Origin: Phycisphaerae bacterium
GTDB taxonomy: Bacteria; Planctomycetota; Phycisphaerae; Phycisphaerales; UBA5793
DNA: 64,000 nucleotides
Direction: 5' to 3'
Assembly: GCA_039794345.1 (NCBI GenBank)
Contig: JBDIVQ010000003.1
Coordinates: forward strand, 3,046-67,045
In this document: one piece after another, positions 55,752 through 64,000 of the stretch
Position numbering within the stretch: the stretch's first letter is position 1
How the letters are laid out: each line of letters starts with the position of its first letter
Made by a program: the position numbers and the translations under genes
Notes under the pieces: generated by a model
What the model saw: the letters and a program-made list of their open reading frames with translations, nothing else
Told to the model about the DNA's origin: nothing
Database searches by the model: none

Positions 55752-56510
55752 TCAGCGCACCGGCTCGAAGACCGCCTCGCCGAGAAGCACCTCGGCCCAG
55801 GCGCACCAGATCTGCACCTTCGCCACGTCGGGCACGTACGCCGGCACGACGATCATGCGGTTGACCTTGCCGTCCTTGATGTCGAGACGGTTGAGGAGGT
55901 AGGTGTTGCCGCGGCTGTCCACGACCTGCCAGTGCGGCGCGGGAGCGTCGGGCACCTTGAAATCATTCGACAGAGTCAGCGTCCGCCGGCCGTCCACGTA
56001 AGAGAGCGTGGCGCGGCCGGTGTTGGCCTTGACGCCGATGAACTGCGAACTGGTGCGCGTCGATTGATCGGCGGGCATGGCGCAGCACTCGGTGGTGATG
56101 ATCGAGTCAAAGGTCGTCTCGCCGAGCAGCGCTTCGGCCCAGGCGCACCAGATCTGCACCTTCGCCACGTCGGGCACGTACGCCGGCACGACGATCGCGC
56201 GGTTGAGTTTCTCCTTGTTGCCGTCCTTGACCATGAGGCGCTGGAGGAGATAGACGTTGCCGCGGCTGTCCACGATCTGCCAGTGCGGGGCGGGGGCGTC
56301 GGGCACCTTGAAATCGCTGGAGAGAGTCAGGACGTGCCGGCCATCCTTGTTCGTCGAGTGCATGACGAATCCGGTGTTGGCTTTCACGCCCATGAAGGGG
56401 CGGCTGTTGTGATCGAGCGAAACTCCCGCGGCCGGCGCAGCGGCAAGGGCCGACGCGGCGGCAGCGCCGAGCGCGATGAGGAAACAGAGTGATCGATGAA
56501 GACGCGACAT
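55752..56510 (-). CDS. secreted protein with two DM13-like domains
   Basis: Two copies of F.GVKANTG...LTLS.DFKVPDAPAPHWQ.VDSRGN.YLL.RL...VPAYVPDVAKVQIWCAWAE.LLGE. Confidence 0.65.
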   Translation of the reverse strand: MSRLHRSLCFLIALGAAAASALAAAPAAGVSLDHNSRPFMGVKANTGFVMHSTNKDGRHVLTLSSDFKVPDAPAPHWQIVDSRGNVYLLQRLMVKDGNKEKLNRAIVVPAYVPDVAKVQIWCAWAEALLGETTFDSIITTECCAMPADQSTRTSSQFIGVKANTGRATLSYVDGRRTLTLSNDFKVPDAPAPHWQVVDSRGNTYLLNRLDIKDGKVNRMIVVPAYVPDVAKVQIWCAWAEVLLGEAVFEPVR

Positions 56511-56582
56511 GTCGAGTGCTCCTTTGAGTGTGTGGCGGGTCGGGGATCGCGGCGCCGGCAACGCGCCGGCGGCGCGGATGAG

Positions 56583-56906
56583 TCAGATTGGATGCCCGGC
56601 GGCGGCCGCGGATTCGCGATCGCACTCCAGGCCGGCGAGAAGGGCGTGGATGAGCAGGCGCTCCGCCTCGATCCAGTTGAGCACGTCGTTGCCGCCGCGC
56701 AGCCGCCACAGTTCCGAGGCGATGACGCCGACGACGCCCTGGGTGACGTCGATGCCCTCGGCCGGCCCTTCCTCGGGGTGGATGACGATTCGCCCGGGAA
56801 GGGCGGCGGCACGAGTGGCATTGGGGGAACGCGATGGCTCGCCGCGCTTCGGAAAGATGATGGAAGGCCGGGCGAGGCGCGATGGAGTCGGTGCGGTCTG
56901 GATCAT
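56583..56906 (-). CDS. small DUF2934-like protein
   Basis: C-terminal IASELWRLRGGNDVLNWIEAERLL resembles the DUF2934 motif. Start at MIQTAP (CAT 56904-56906). Weak call. Confidence 0.35.
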   Translation of the reverse strand: MIQTAPTPSRLARPSIIFPKRGEPSRSPNATRAAALPGRIVIHPEEGPAEGIDVTQGVVGVIASELWRLRGGNDVLNWIEAERLLIHALLAGLECDRESAAAAGHPI

Positions 56907-57261
56907 GCGGACTGTGATGCACCGTGCAGAGGCGCGGTTACGGGGGAGCGGGGCGGACATCGATGGTCCGCGACCCACGAAAGGCGTCCTCGCTCTTCGC
57001 CCCTCCGGGGCGAAGGCGCGCCGCTTCGATACGTTGACGAACGTGCGCCAAACAGGGTGGAGAGACACGCCTGCGATAAACTCATGCCGGGCTGGAGGGA
57101 CCGATGGCGCACCTTTCCGCACGACATCGACGCGACTCATGACGGCGCTCGCCGCCCGGCGCCTGCTGGCTGCGCGACGTAACCACCCCCGTGCCGCGTG
57201 CATCTGAATGCCGCGTCGAACCCCGCTTGCGCCCGAATCCCGCCCGCAGGAGATCACTCAC

Positions 57262-58380
57262 GTGAAAGCCGTCGCCGTTTTCCCGGAAGTCAAGGACATT
57301 CGCGTCATCAACCACGATGAGCCGCGCCTCACCAGCCCGACGCAGGTGAAACTGCGCGTGCTCGAGATCGGCATCTGCGGGACCGACCGCGAGATCTGCT
57401 CGTTTCACTACGGCACGCCGCCGCGCGGCCTGCGGCACCTGGTCATCGGCCACGAAATGCTCGGCGAAGTCATCGAGGTCGGCTCGCAGGTGCGCACACT
57501 GCGACGGGGCGATCTCGTCATCCCGATGGTGCGCCGGCCGTGTCCGCATGAGCACTGCGTCGCCTGCCGCAGCGGCCGGCAGGACTTCTGCTACACCGGC
57601 GACTTCGTCGAGCGCGGCATCAAGGAGATGCACGGCTACATGGGCGAGTACGTCGTCGATGAGGAGCAGTTCATGGTCAAGGTGCCGCGCGAACTGCGCG
57701 AGGTGGCCGTGCTTGTCGAGCCGCTCACGATCGCCGAGAAGGCGCTCATCCAGATTCATGACGTGCAGAACCGCCTGCCGTGGACCTGCCCAGTGCGATC
57801 GAAGGAGATGGGGCTGAACCACCAGTGCCACCGCGCGGTGGTGCTCGGAGCCGGACCGGTGGGGCTGCTGGGCGCGATGGCGCTGCGGGCGGCCGGGTTC
57901 GCCACGTGGGTCTACTCGCGCGAGACCGCGCCGAACGCCAAGGCCGACATCGTCGCCGCCATCGGCGCCACCTATGTCTCCTCGACGACGACGAACGTCA
58001 AGCAACTCGCCGAGATGGTCGGCAACATTGATCTCGTCTACGAGGCCGTAGGCGCTTCGTCACTGGCCTTCGAAGTGCTCGAATCCCTCGGGACCAACGG
58101 GGTGTTCATCTTCACCGGCGTGCCGGGGCGCAAGGCGCCGATCCAGATCGATACCGACCTGCTCATGCGCAACCTCGTTCTGAAGAACCAGGTGCTCTTC
58201 GGCACAGTGAACGCGGGGCGCGACGCCTTCGAGGCGGCGATCCGCGACCTCGGCGTCTTCATGCAGCGCTGGCCCCAGGCCGTGCGGGCGCTCTTCACGA
58301 ATCGTCTCGACCTCGACTCGGCGCCCGCGAAGCTGCGCGACGGGCGGGGGAGCATCAAGGATGTGATCTGCCATGTCTGA
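57262..58380 (+). CDS. zinc-dependent MDR-family dehydrogenase (glucose/threonine dehydrogenase-like)
   Basis: GCAGGAG RBS before GTG 57262. GICGTDRE, GHEMLGEV, and Rossmann motif VLGAGPVGLLG. Confidence 0.8.
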   Translation: MKAVAVFPEVKDIRVINHDEPRLTSPTQVKLRVLEIGICGTDREICSFHYGTPPRGLRHLVIGHEMLGEVIEVGSQVRTLRRGDLVIPMVRRPCPHEHCVACRSGRQDFCYTGDFVERGIKEMHGYMGEYVVDEEQFMVKVPRELREVAVLVEPLTIAEKALIQIHDVQNRLPWTCPVRSKEMGLNHQCHRAVVLGAGPVGLLGAMALRAAGFATWVYSRETAPNAKADIVAAIGATYVSSTTTNVKQLAEMVGNIDLVYEAVGASSLAFEVLESLGTNGVFIFTGVPGRKAPIQIDTDLLMRNLVLKNQVLFGTVNAGRDAFEAAIRDLGVFMQRWPQAVRALFTNRLDLDSAPAKLRDGRGSIKDVICHV

Positions 58381-60502
58381 CGGCGCTGCTCTCTCATCCA
58401 CCGCACCACCCAGGCCGCCGAGCATACGCATGCAGACCAGCTCTGATCGCGACCTCGCCTCCGTGCTTCCCGGCGGCGCGTGCGAATGGATCGAGACCGA
58501 CGGCCTTGGCGGCTTCGCCTGCGGAACGGTCAGCGGCATCCGCACGCGGCGCTACCACGGCCTGCTCATCGCGGCGACGACGCCGCCCGCGGGCCGCACG
58601 ATGCTCGTCAACGGCGTCGATGCGTGGGTGGAGACGGCGCGGGGGCGCCTCTCGCTCGCGCCGCATCGCTACGCGCCGGGCGTCGTGCATCCCGAGCGGT
58701 GCGCCGAAATCGTCTCGTTCACGACGGAGCCTTGGCCGCGCTGGATCTGGCGCCTGCCGGACGGCGCGCGCCTCGAGCACGAGATATTCGTTCCGCACGG
58801 CGCGGCCCAGTGTGCGATGGCGTGGCGGCTGCGGTCCGGCGCGGGGCAGGCGACACTTCACGTGCGCCCGCTCATCTCCGGCCGCGACTATCACGCGCTG
58901 CACCACGAGAACCCTGACCTGCGCTTCGAGGCGGAGATGACCGGGCAGGGAGTGCGCTGGCGGCCCTACGCCGTGCATCCGCCCATCGATGCGTATACCA
59001 ACGGCGAGTACCGCCACGACCCGGTCTGGTACCGGCGCTTCCTCTACGAAGTGGAGCGGCAGCGCGGATTCGATTGCATCGAAGACCTCGCCTCGCCGGG
59101 TGTATTCTCCTTCGATCTCGCGCGCGGCGAGGCGGTGCTCATCCTCTCGACCGGAGAAGCCGCAGGGGGAGAGTCAAGGCGAGCCGCCCGCTCGTCGGCC
59201 GAGTTGCTGCGCGGCCTGGCGGCGGTGGAGCGGCTGCGGCGCTCGCGCTTCGCCACACCCCTCGATCGCGCGGCCGACGCCTATCTCGTCGATCGCGGGC
59301 CGCATCGCACCATCATCGCCGGTTATCCCTGGTTTGCCGACTGGGGGCGCGACACCTTCATCGCGATGCGCGGCCTGTGCATCGCCTCGGGCCGGCTCGA
59401 AGAGGCCGAGTCGATTCTGCTCGGCTGGGCCGGCGCCGTTTCGCAGGGCATGTTGCCCAATCGCTTCCCGGACTCATCATCGAGCAGCGCGGAGGGGCCA
59501 CCGGAGTTCAACGCCGTCGATGCTTCGTTGTGGTACGTCATCGCCGTGCATGAGTTTCTTGAGGCGGCGCGGCAGAACGGGTATCGACTCGAGCCCGCCC
59601 ACGTGCAGCGATTGCGCAGCGCCGTACTGGAGATCGTGAGCGGCTACGCCCGCGGCACGCGCTACGGCATCCGCGCCGATGACGACGGCCTGCTCGCGGC
59701 CGGCGAGCGCGGGCAGCAACTCACCTGGATGGATGCGCGCGTCGGCGACCGCGAGATTACGCCGCGCATCGGCAAGCCGGTCGAGGTGCAGGCGCTGTGG
59801 ATCAACGCCCTGTGGATTGCGGCGCAGGTGAATGATCAGTGGGTGTCTCACTTCGAGAAGGCTCGCGCCGCCTTCGAGCCTCGCTTCTGGAATGAACAGC
59901 GCGGCTGCCTGTATGACGTCGTTGACGTCGATCACATGGCCGGAACCGTCGATGCGACCGTGCGACCGAACCAGATCCTCGCCGTCGGTGGTCTGCCGCT
60001 GCAACTCATCGAGGGCGAGCGGGCGCGGCGGATCGTCGATCGCGTCGAGCGAGATTTGCTCACACCCGTGGGTTTGCGTTCGCTGTCGGCCCACGAGCCG
60101 GCCTACACGCCGCGCTATGAAGGCGGGCCGCACGAGCGCGACGCCGCGTATCACCAGGGAACGGTCTGGCCCTGGCTCATCGGACCCTTCGTCGAGGCGT
60201 GGGTGCGGGTGCATGGAGATGACGACGCGGCGCGCCGTCAGGCGCGGCAGCGGTTCCTCGGGCCGCTCATGGTCCACCTCAACACCGCCGGCCTGGGACA
60301 CATCTCCGAAATTGCCGACGGCGAAGCGCCGCACGAGCCGCGCGGCTGTCCCTTCCAGGCGTGGTCGCTGGGCGAACTGCTGCGGTTGCAGCGCGCTGTG
60401 CTGGCGGAGACCGGAGACGAAGAGAATGGCCGCAAAAAGGCACAGAAGGCGCAAAGGGAAGAGAAGCCGATTGCGTCGCGGCCCGGAGTCTACTCGTGGT
60501 GA
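58373..60502 (+). CDS. glycogen debranching enzyme (amylo-alpha-1,6-glucosidase family)
   Basis: N-terminus EWIETDGLGGFACGTVSGIRTRRYHGLL. C-terminal GDE_C-like region GYPWFADWGRDTFI, QGTVWPWLIGPF. The last ~25 codons run into a REP-like repeat. Confidence 0.85.
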   Translation: MSDGAALSSTAPPRPPSIRMQTSSDRDLASVLPGGACEWIETDGLGGFACGTVSGIRTRRYHGLLIAATTPPAGRTMLVNGVDAWVETARGRLSLAPHRYAPGVVHPERCAEIVSFTTEPWPRWIWRLPDGARLEHEIFVPHGAAQCAMAWRLRSGAGQATLHVRPLISGRDYHALHHENPDLRFEAEMTGQGVRWRPYAVHPPIDAYTNGEYRHDPVWYRRFLYEVERQRGFDCIEDLASPGVFSFDLARGEAVLILSTGEAAGGESRRAARSSAELLRGLAAVERLRRSRFATPLDRAADAYLVDRGPHRTIIAGYPWFADWGRDTFIAMRGLCIASGRLEEAESILLGWAGAVSQGMLPNRFPDSSSSSAEGPPEFNAVDASLWYVIAVHEFLEAARQNGYRLEPAHVQRLRSAVLEIVSGYARGTRYGIRADDDGLLAAGERGQQLTWMDARVGDREITPRIGKPVEVQALWINALWIAAQVNDQWVSHFEKARAAFEPRFWNEQRGCLYDVVDVDHMAGTVDATVRPNQILAVGGLPLQLIEGERARRIVDRVERDLLTPVGLRSLSAHEPAYTPRYEGGPHERDAAYHQGTVWPWLIGPFVEAWVRVHGDDDAARRQARQRFLGPLMVHLNTAGLGHISEIADGEAPHEPRGCPFQAWSLGELLRLQRAVLAETGDEENGRKKAQKAQREEKPIASRPGVYSW

Positions 60503-60564
60503 CAGCGCCTGTTGACTCTTTCATCTCTGCATCTTCTGCGCCTTCTGTGCCCTTTTGCGGCCAT
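60426..60564. repeat. REP-like inverted pair (27-bp arms, 26/27 identical)
   Basis: 60426-60452 ATGGCCGCAAAAAGGCACAGAAGGCGC faces the reverse complement of 60538-60564. Same motif family as 6734-6934. Spans the GDE stop codon. Confidence 0.65.
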
Positions 60565-60579
60565 CTGTGTTCTCGCGGC

Positions 60580-61452
60580 ATGGCGGCCCTGCGCGCGCAC
60601 TGGCCGGAGTACCTCTGCGAGGCGGTGCTGCTCGGCGCCTTCATGGTTTCGGCCTGCGTCTTCGCCATCGTGCTCTTTCATCCGGACTTGCCGGCGGCGC
60701 GCGCGATTGAATCGCCGCTGCTGCGCCGCGCACTGATGGGTCTGGCGATGGGGCTGACGGCCGTCGCCCTTATCCACTCGCCCGCCGGCCAGCGGAGCGG
60801 GGCGCACATGAATCCCGCGGTCACGCTGACCTTCTGGCGCCTCGGCAAGGTGAGGGGTTTCGATGCCCTCTTCTACATTGTCGCGCAGTTCATCGGCGGC
60901 CTTGCCGGCGTGATGCTCGTTCGCGCGGCGACGCCCACACTCCTGGCCGCGCCGCAGGTGGGATACGTCGCGACGCTGCCCGGGCCCTACGGCCCGATCG
61001 CGGCCTGGCTCGGTGAGTTCGCCATCGCCCTGCTGCTCATGCTCGTGGTTCTGATCGCGTCGAACCATCGCTCGCTCACTCGCGCCACCGGGCTGCTGGC
61101 CGGACTGCTCGTCATGCTCTACATCACCTTCGAGTCGCCGATCTCGGGCATGAGCATGAACCCGGCGCGGACCTTCGGCTCGGCCCTGTGGGCGGGAGCG
61201 TGGACGCACTGGTGGATCTACTTCACCGCGCCTCCCCTGGCGATGCTCGCCGGCGCGCAGGTCTATGTGGCGCTGCGCAGCCGGCGGGCCGTCCACTGCG
61301 CCAAACTGCACCACGTCAACGGGCACCGCTGCATCTTCCGCTGCGAGTTCGATCGTCTCATGGCCGCAGAGCCGCCGGCGGACGCAGCGCCGCCCGTGAA
61401 TCCTCCGCCGCCGATGCGGCATCAGAGTGAGCAGACGCTCTACTACGGATAA
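60580..61452 (+). CDS. MIP/aquaporin family channel
   Basis: Two NPA boxes (GAHMNPAVT, GMSMNPART) and six hydrophobic segments. Confidence 0.85.
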   Translation: MAALRAHWPEYLCEAVLLGAFMVSACVFAIVLFHPDLPAARAIESPLLRRALMGLAMGLTAVALIHSPAGQRSGAHMNPAVTLTFWRLGKVRGFDALFYIVAQFIGGLAGVMLVRAATPTLLAAPQVGYVATLPGPYGPIAAWLGEFAIALLLMLVVLIASNHRSLTRATGLLAGLLVMLYITFESPISGMSMNPARTFGSALWAGAWTHWWIYFTAPPLAMLAGAQVYVALRSRRAVHCAKLHHVNGHRCIFRCEFDRLMAAEPPADAAPPVNPPPPMRHQSEQTLYYG

Positions 61453-61457
61453 ACCTC

Positions 61458-63047
61458 ATGCCGGCCATCGAGCACTACGACGTCATCATCATCGGAACCG
61501 GCGCCGGCGGCGGGACGCTGGCCTATCACCTCGCCCCCTCGGGCAAGCGGATTCTGCTTCTGGAGCGCGGCGGCTTCGTCCCGCGCGAAGCGGAGAACTG
61601 GAGTTCGCGCGCCGCCGTCCGCGAAGAGAAGTACCACGCGCCGGAGAAGTGGCTCGACGGCCGCGGCCGCGAGTTCCAGCCGGGCACGCACTACAACGTC
61701 GGCGGCAACACCAAGTTCTACGGGGCAGCGCTCTTCCGCATGCGCGAGGCGGACTTCGGCGAGATTCGCCATTACGGAGGCCTCTCGCCCGCCTGGCCCA
61801 TCACCTATGACGATCTGGAGCCTTACTACACGCAGGCGGAGTACCTCTACGAAGTGCGCGGCCGGCGCGGCGAGGATCCGACCGAGCCGTGGAGCAGCGC
61901 CCCTTACGCGTTTCCCGCCGTCTCCCACGAGCCGCGCATGCAGGAACTGCACGATCACTTGCAGCGCTGCGGCCTGCATCCCTTCCACGTCCCGCTGGGC
62001 ATCCGCCTCAACGAGAAGACGCTTGATTCAAGCCCCTGCGTGCGCTGCAAGACCTGCGACGGCTATCCCTGCCTCGTCGGCGGCAAGGCCGATGCGCAGA
62101 CGATGTGTGTGCAGCCGGCGATGCGCTACGGCAACGTGACGCTGCTGACCGAGGCGAAGGCGCTGCGCCTAGTCACCCCGACCGATGGGCGCAGCGTGAA
62201 AGGCGTGATCGTCGAGCGCCGCGGCGAGGTCGAGGAGTACTCGGCCGATATCGTCGTGAGTGCGTGCGGGGCGGTCAACTCGGCGGCGCTGCTCCTGCGC
62301 TCGGCGACGGGCAAGCACCCGGCCGGGCTGGGCAACGGCTCGGGGCTGGTGGGCCGCAACTACATGGCCCACAACAACTCAGTGCTCTTCTACTTCTGCG
62401 CCAAGGCGAATCCGACGCTCTTCCAGAAGACGCTTGCGGTCAATGATTTCTACTTCAGCGGTCCGGACTCCGATCTGCCGCTGGGGCACATCTCGATGGT
62501 CGGCAAGTTCGACGGTCAGATGTTCAAGGCCGGCGCGCCGCCGCTGGCGCCGCTGCCCCTGCTCGAAGCGATGGGCAAGCGGTCGATCGACTTCTGGATC
62601 ACCTCTGAAGACCTGCCTGACCCCGAGAATCGCCTGACTCTCAGCGCCGACGGCCGCATTGAACTGCACTACAAGGAAAACAACCTCGAAGCACACCGGC
62701 GGCTCATCGCGAATCTCAAGCACGTGATGCGCACCTTCGACGGCGGGAAGTGCCTCACTAGAGGAGGCAAGATCCCCCTCGCCGGCGTGGCACACCAGTG
62801 CGGGACGCTGCGCTTCGGCCGCGATCCGCGCACCAGCGTCCTCGACGTCAACTGCAAGGCGCACGAACTGGACAACCTCTACGTCGTGGACGCTTCGTTC
62901 TTCTGTTCCTCCAGCGCGGTCAATCCGGCGCTGACCATCATCGCCAACGCCATCCGCGTCGGCGACCATCTGCTCGACCGTCTCGGCGTCACCAGGGAAC
63001 ACCGACATGAATACGCCCCGGCCCACCGGCTCGCGGTCCTGGCCTGA
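61458..63047 (+). CDS. GMC family FAD-dependent oxidoreductase
   Basis: YDVIIIGTGAGGGTLA dinucleotide fold. C-terminal HQCGTLRFG...LYVVDASF. Confidence 0.85.
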   Translation: MPAIEHYDVIIIGTGAGGGTLAYHLAPSGKRILLLERGGFVPREAENWSSRAAVREEKYHAPEKWLDGRGREFQPGTHYNVGGNTKFYGAALFRMREADFGEIRHYGGLSPAWPITYDDLEPYYTQAEYLYEVRGRRGEDPTEPWSSAPYAFPAVSHEPRMQELHDHLQRCGLHPFHVPLGIRLNEKTLDSSPCVRCKTCDGYPCLVGGKADAQTMCVQPAMRYGNVTLLTEAKALRLVTPTDGRSVKGVIVERRGEVEEYSADIVVSACGAVNSAALLLRSATGKHPAGLGNGSGLVGRNYMAHNNSVLFYFCAKANPTLFQKTLAVNDFYFSGPDSDLPLGHISMVGKFDGQMFKAGAPPLAPLPLLEAMGKRSIDFWITSEDLPDPENRLTLSADGRIELHYKENNLEAHRRLIANLKHVMRTFDGGKCLTRGGKIPLAGVAHQCGTLRFGRDPRTSVLDVNCKAHELDNLYVVDASFFCSSSAVNPALTIIANAIRVGDHLLDRLGVTREHRHEYAPAHRLAVLA

Positions 63048-64000
63048 ACCGACGCGGATCTCGATCGCGGCGACGGCGCTGCTCGCGGCGCTGCTCGCGG
63101 TGCTGTTGACGCTGCCGGCGCGGAGCGCGGAGGCGGGCGCTCAAGTGCTGCGCACTTCAGTCGCGAAGCCGCAAGCGGCTGAGGCGAAGACGCAAGCGGG
63201 GCAGACGCGCGACGAAGCGCCGCTCGCGCAGCGCGTTCTCTCCGTCGGTCTCACCGTCGCCGACATGGAGCGCGCGATCGACTTCTACACCCGCGTGCTC
63301 GACTTTCAACTGGAATCCGATGTCGAAATGGCGGGAGGGGACTGGGAGCGCCTCCAGGGCGTCTTCGGCGCGCGGATGCGCCTGTGCACTCTGCGCCTCG
63401 GCGAAGAGCGCCTCGAACTCACCGAGTACCTCGCGCCGACCGGCCGGCCGATTCCCCTCGATTCGCGCAGCAACGACGGCTGGTTTCAGCACGTCGCCAT
63501 CATCACCAGCGACATGGACGCCGCCTACTCGCGCCTGCGCGAGCACAAGGTCCGCCACGCTTCGACGGGGCCGCAGACGCTGCCCTCCTGGAACCCGAAT
63601 GCCGGCGGCATCCGGGCCTTCTACTTCCGCGATCCTGAGGATCACGTGCTCGAGATCCTCCAGTTCCCTCCCGACAAGGGGCAACCGAGGTGGCAGAGCA
63701 GCCGGGCGCTCTTCCTCGGCATCGACCACACAGCGATCGTCGTGCGCGACACGGACGCCAGCCTGGCCTTTTACCGCGATCGGCTCGGCATGATCGTCGC
63801 GGGCGGCGCGGAGAACTACGGGACCGAGCAGGAGCATCTCAACAACGTCTTCGGCGCGCGGCTGCGCATCACGGCCCTGCGCTGGCCCGGCGAGGCCGAA
63901 CGCGTCGGCCCGGCGATCGAACTGCTCGAATACCTCGCTCCGCGCGACGGGCGGCCCTATCCCGCCGACACGCGCGGCAACGACCTCTGGCACTGGCAGA
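63007..64000 (+). CDS. VOC/glyoxalase-family protein, two domains, signal peptide (3' end outside window)
   Basis: Not in the ORF track because there is no stop in the window; I translated it by hand from ATG 63007. Reads LSVGLTVADMERAIDFYTRVLDF..., WFQHVAI and GIDHTAIVVRD. The minus ORF 63157..63993 is its shadow. Confidence 0.6.
   Translation, partial: MNTPRPTGSRSWPEPTRISIAATALLAALLAVLLTLPARSAEAGAQVLRTSVAKPQAAEAKTQAGQTRDEAPLAQRVLSVGLTVADMERAIDFYTRVLDFQLESDVEMAGGDWERLQGVFGARMRLCTLRLGEERLELTEYLAPTGRPIPLDSRSNDGWFQHVAIITSDMDAAYSRLREHKVRHASTGPQTLPSWNPNAGGIRAFYFRDPEDHVLEILQFPPDKGQPRWQSSRALFLGIDHTAIVVRDTDASLAFYRDRLGMIVAGGAENYGTEQEHLNNVFGARLRITALRWPGEAERVGPAIELLEYLAPRDGRPYPADTRGNDLWHWQ

Noticed and set aside
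56496-57207. Plus-strand ORFs 56496..57182 and 56509..57207
   Set aside because: No motifs are present. They overlap the minus-strand DUF2934-like candidate and the dehydrogenase promoter region.
63157-63993. 278-aa minus-strand ORF
   Set aside because: The plus-strand frame from 63007 reads as a two-domain VOC/glyoxalase protein with a signal peptide. The minus ORF is its shadow.

Overview
High-GC bacterial chromosome window. Lineage is not determinable here; a few island and flanking proteins look planctomycete-like, which is inference only. All calls come from reading the ORF track, motifs and the DNA by eye. No homology search or RNA folding software was run.

The window has three parts.

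(1) 1-10.4 kb, housekeeping. It holds a candidate 6S RNA directly upstream of 5-formyl-THF cyclo-ligase, a LysM/YkuD L,D-transpeptidase, an ABC ATPase plus ABC-2 permease, an MFS transporter, rpsR, an M14-type peptidase and tRNA-Gly(CCC).

(2) 10.44-52.96 kb, an island of about 42.5 kb inserted in the 3' half of tRNA-Gly. It is bounded by a 48-bp direct repeat (47/48 identical). The left half is phage- or satellite-like: tyrosine integrase, small HTH, PrimPol/P-loop primase, TerS(P27), ParB-DNA methylase, HNH and TerL. It has no portal, capsid or tail genes and ends at an IS1595-type transposase. The right half is a dense defence-type arsenal:
- a PIN gene overlapping a 254-aa partner
- an aberrant tRNA-like element
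- a 1972-aa protease-like/SF1-helicase/Vsr-like-nuclease protein followed by a membrane-anchored KAP-type NTPase
- a type III-like Mod-(3-TM ORF)-Res-DUF4268-like operon
- a membrane Mrr/Zn-finger nuclease
- a DUF262/DUF1524 (GmrSD-like) enzyme
- an orphan ParA-like ATPase
- an internally duplicated 498-aa protein next to attR

(3) 53-64 kb, sugar and redox metabolism: lactonase, GlcG-cupin, DM13 x2, MDR dehydrogenase, glycogen debranching enzyme, aquaporin, GMC oxidoreductase and a VOC protein.

The most promising candidate for an undescribed system is the giant helicase-nuclease plus TM-KAP NTPase pair (27.7-36.6 kb). The membrane ORF embedded in the adjacent R-M operon comes second. Many long ORFs in the track are antisense shadows typical of high-GC DNA and were rejected.
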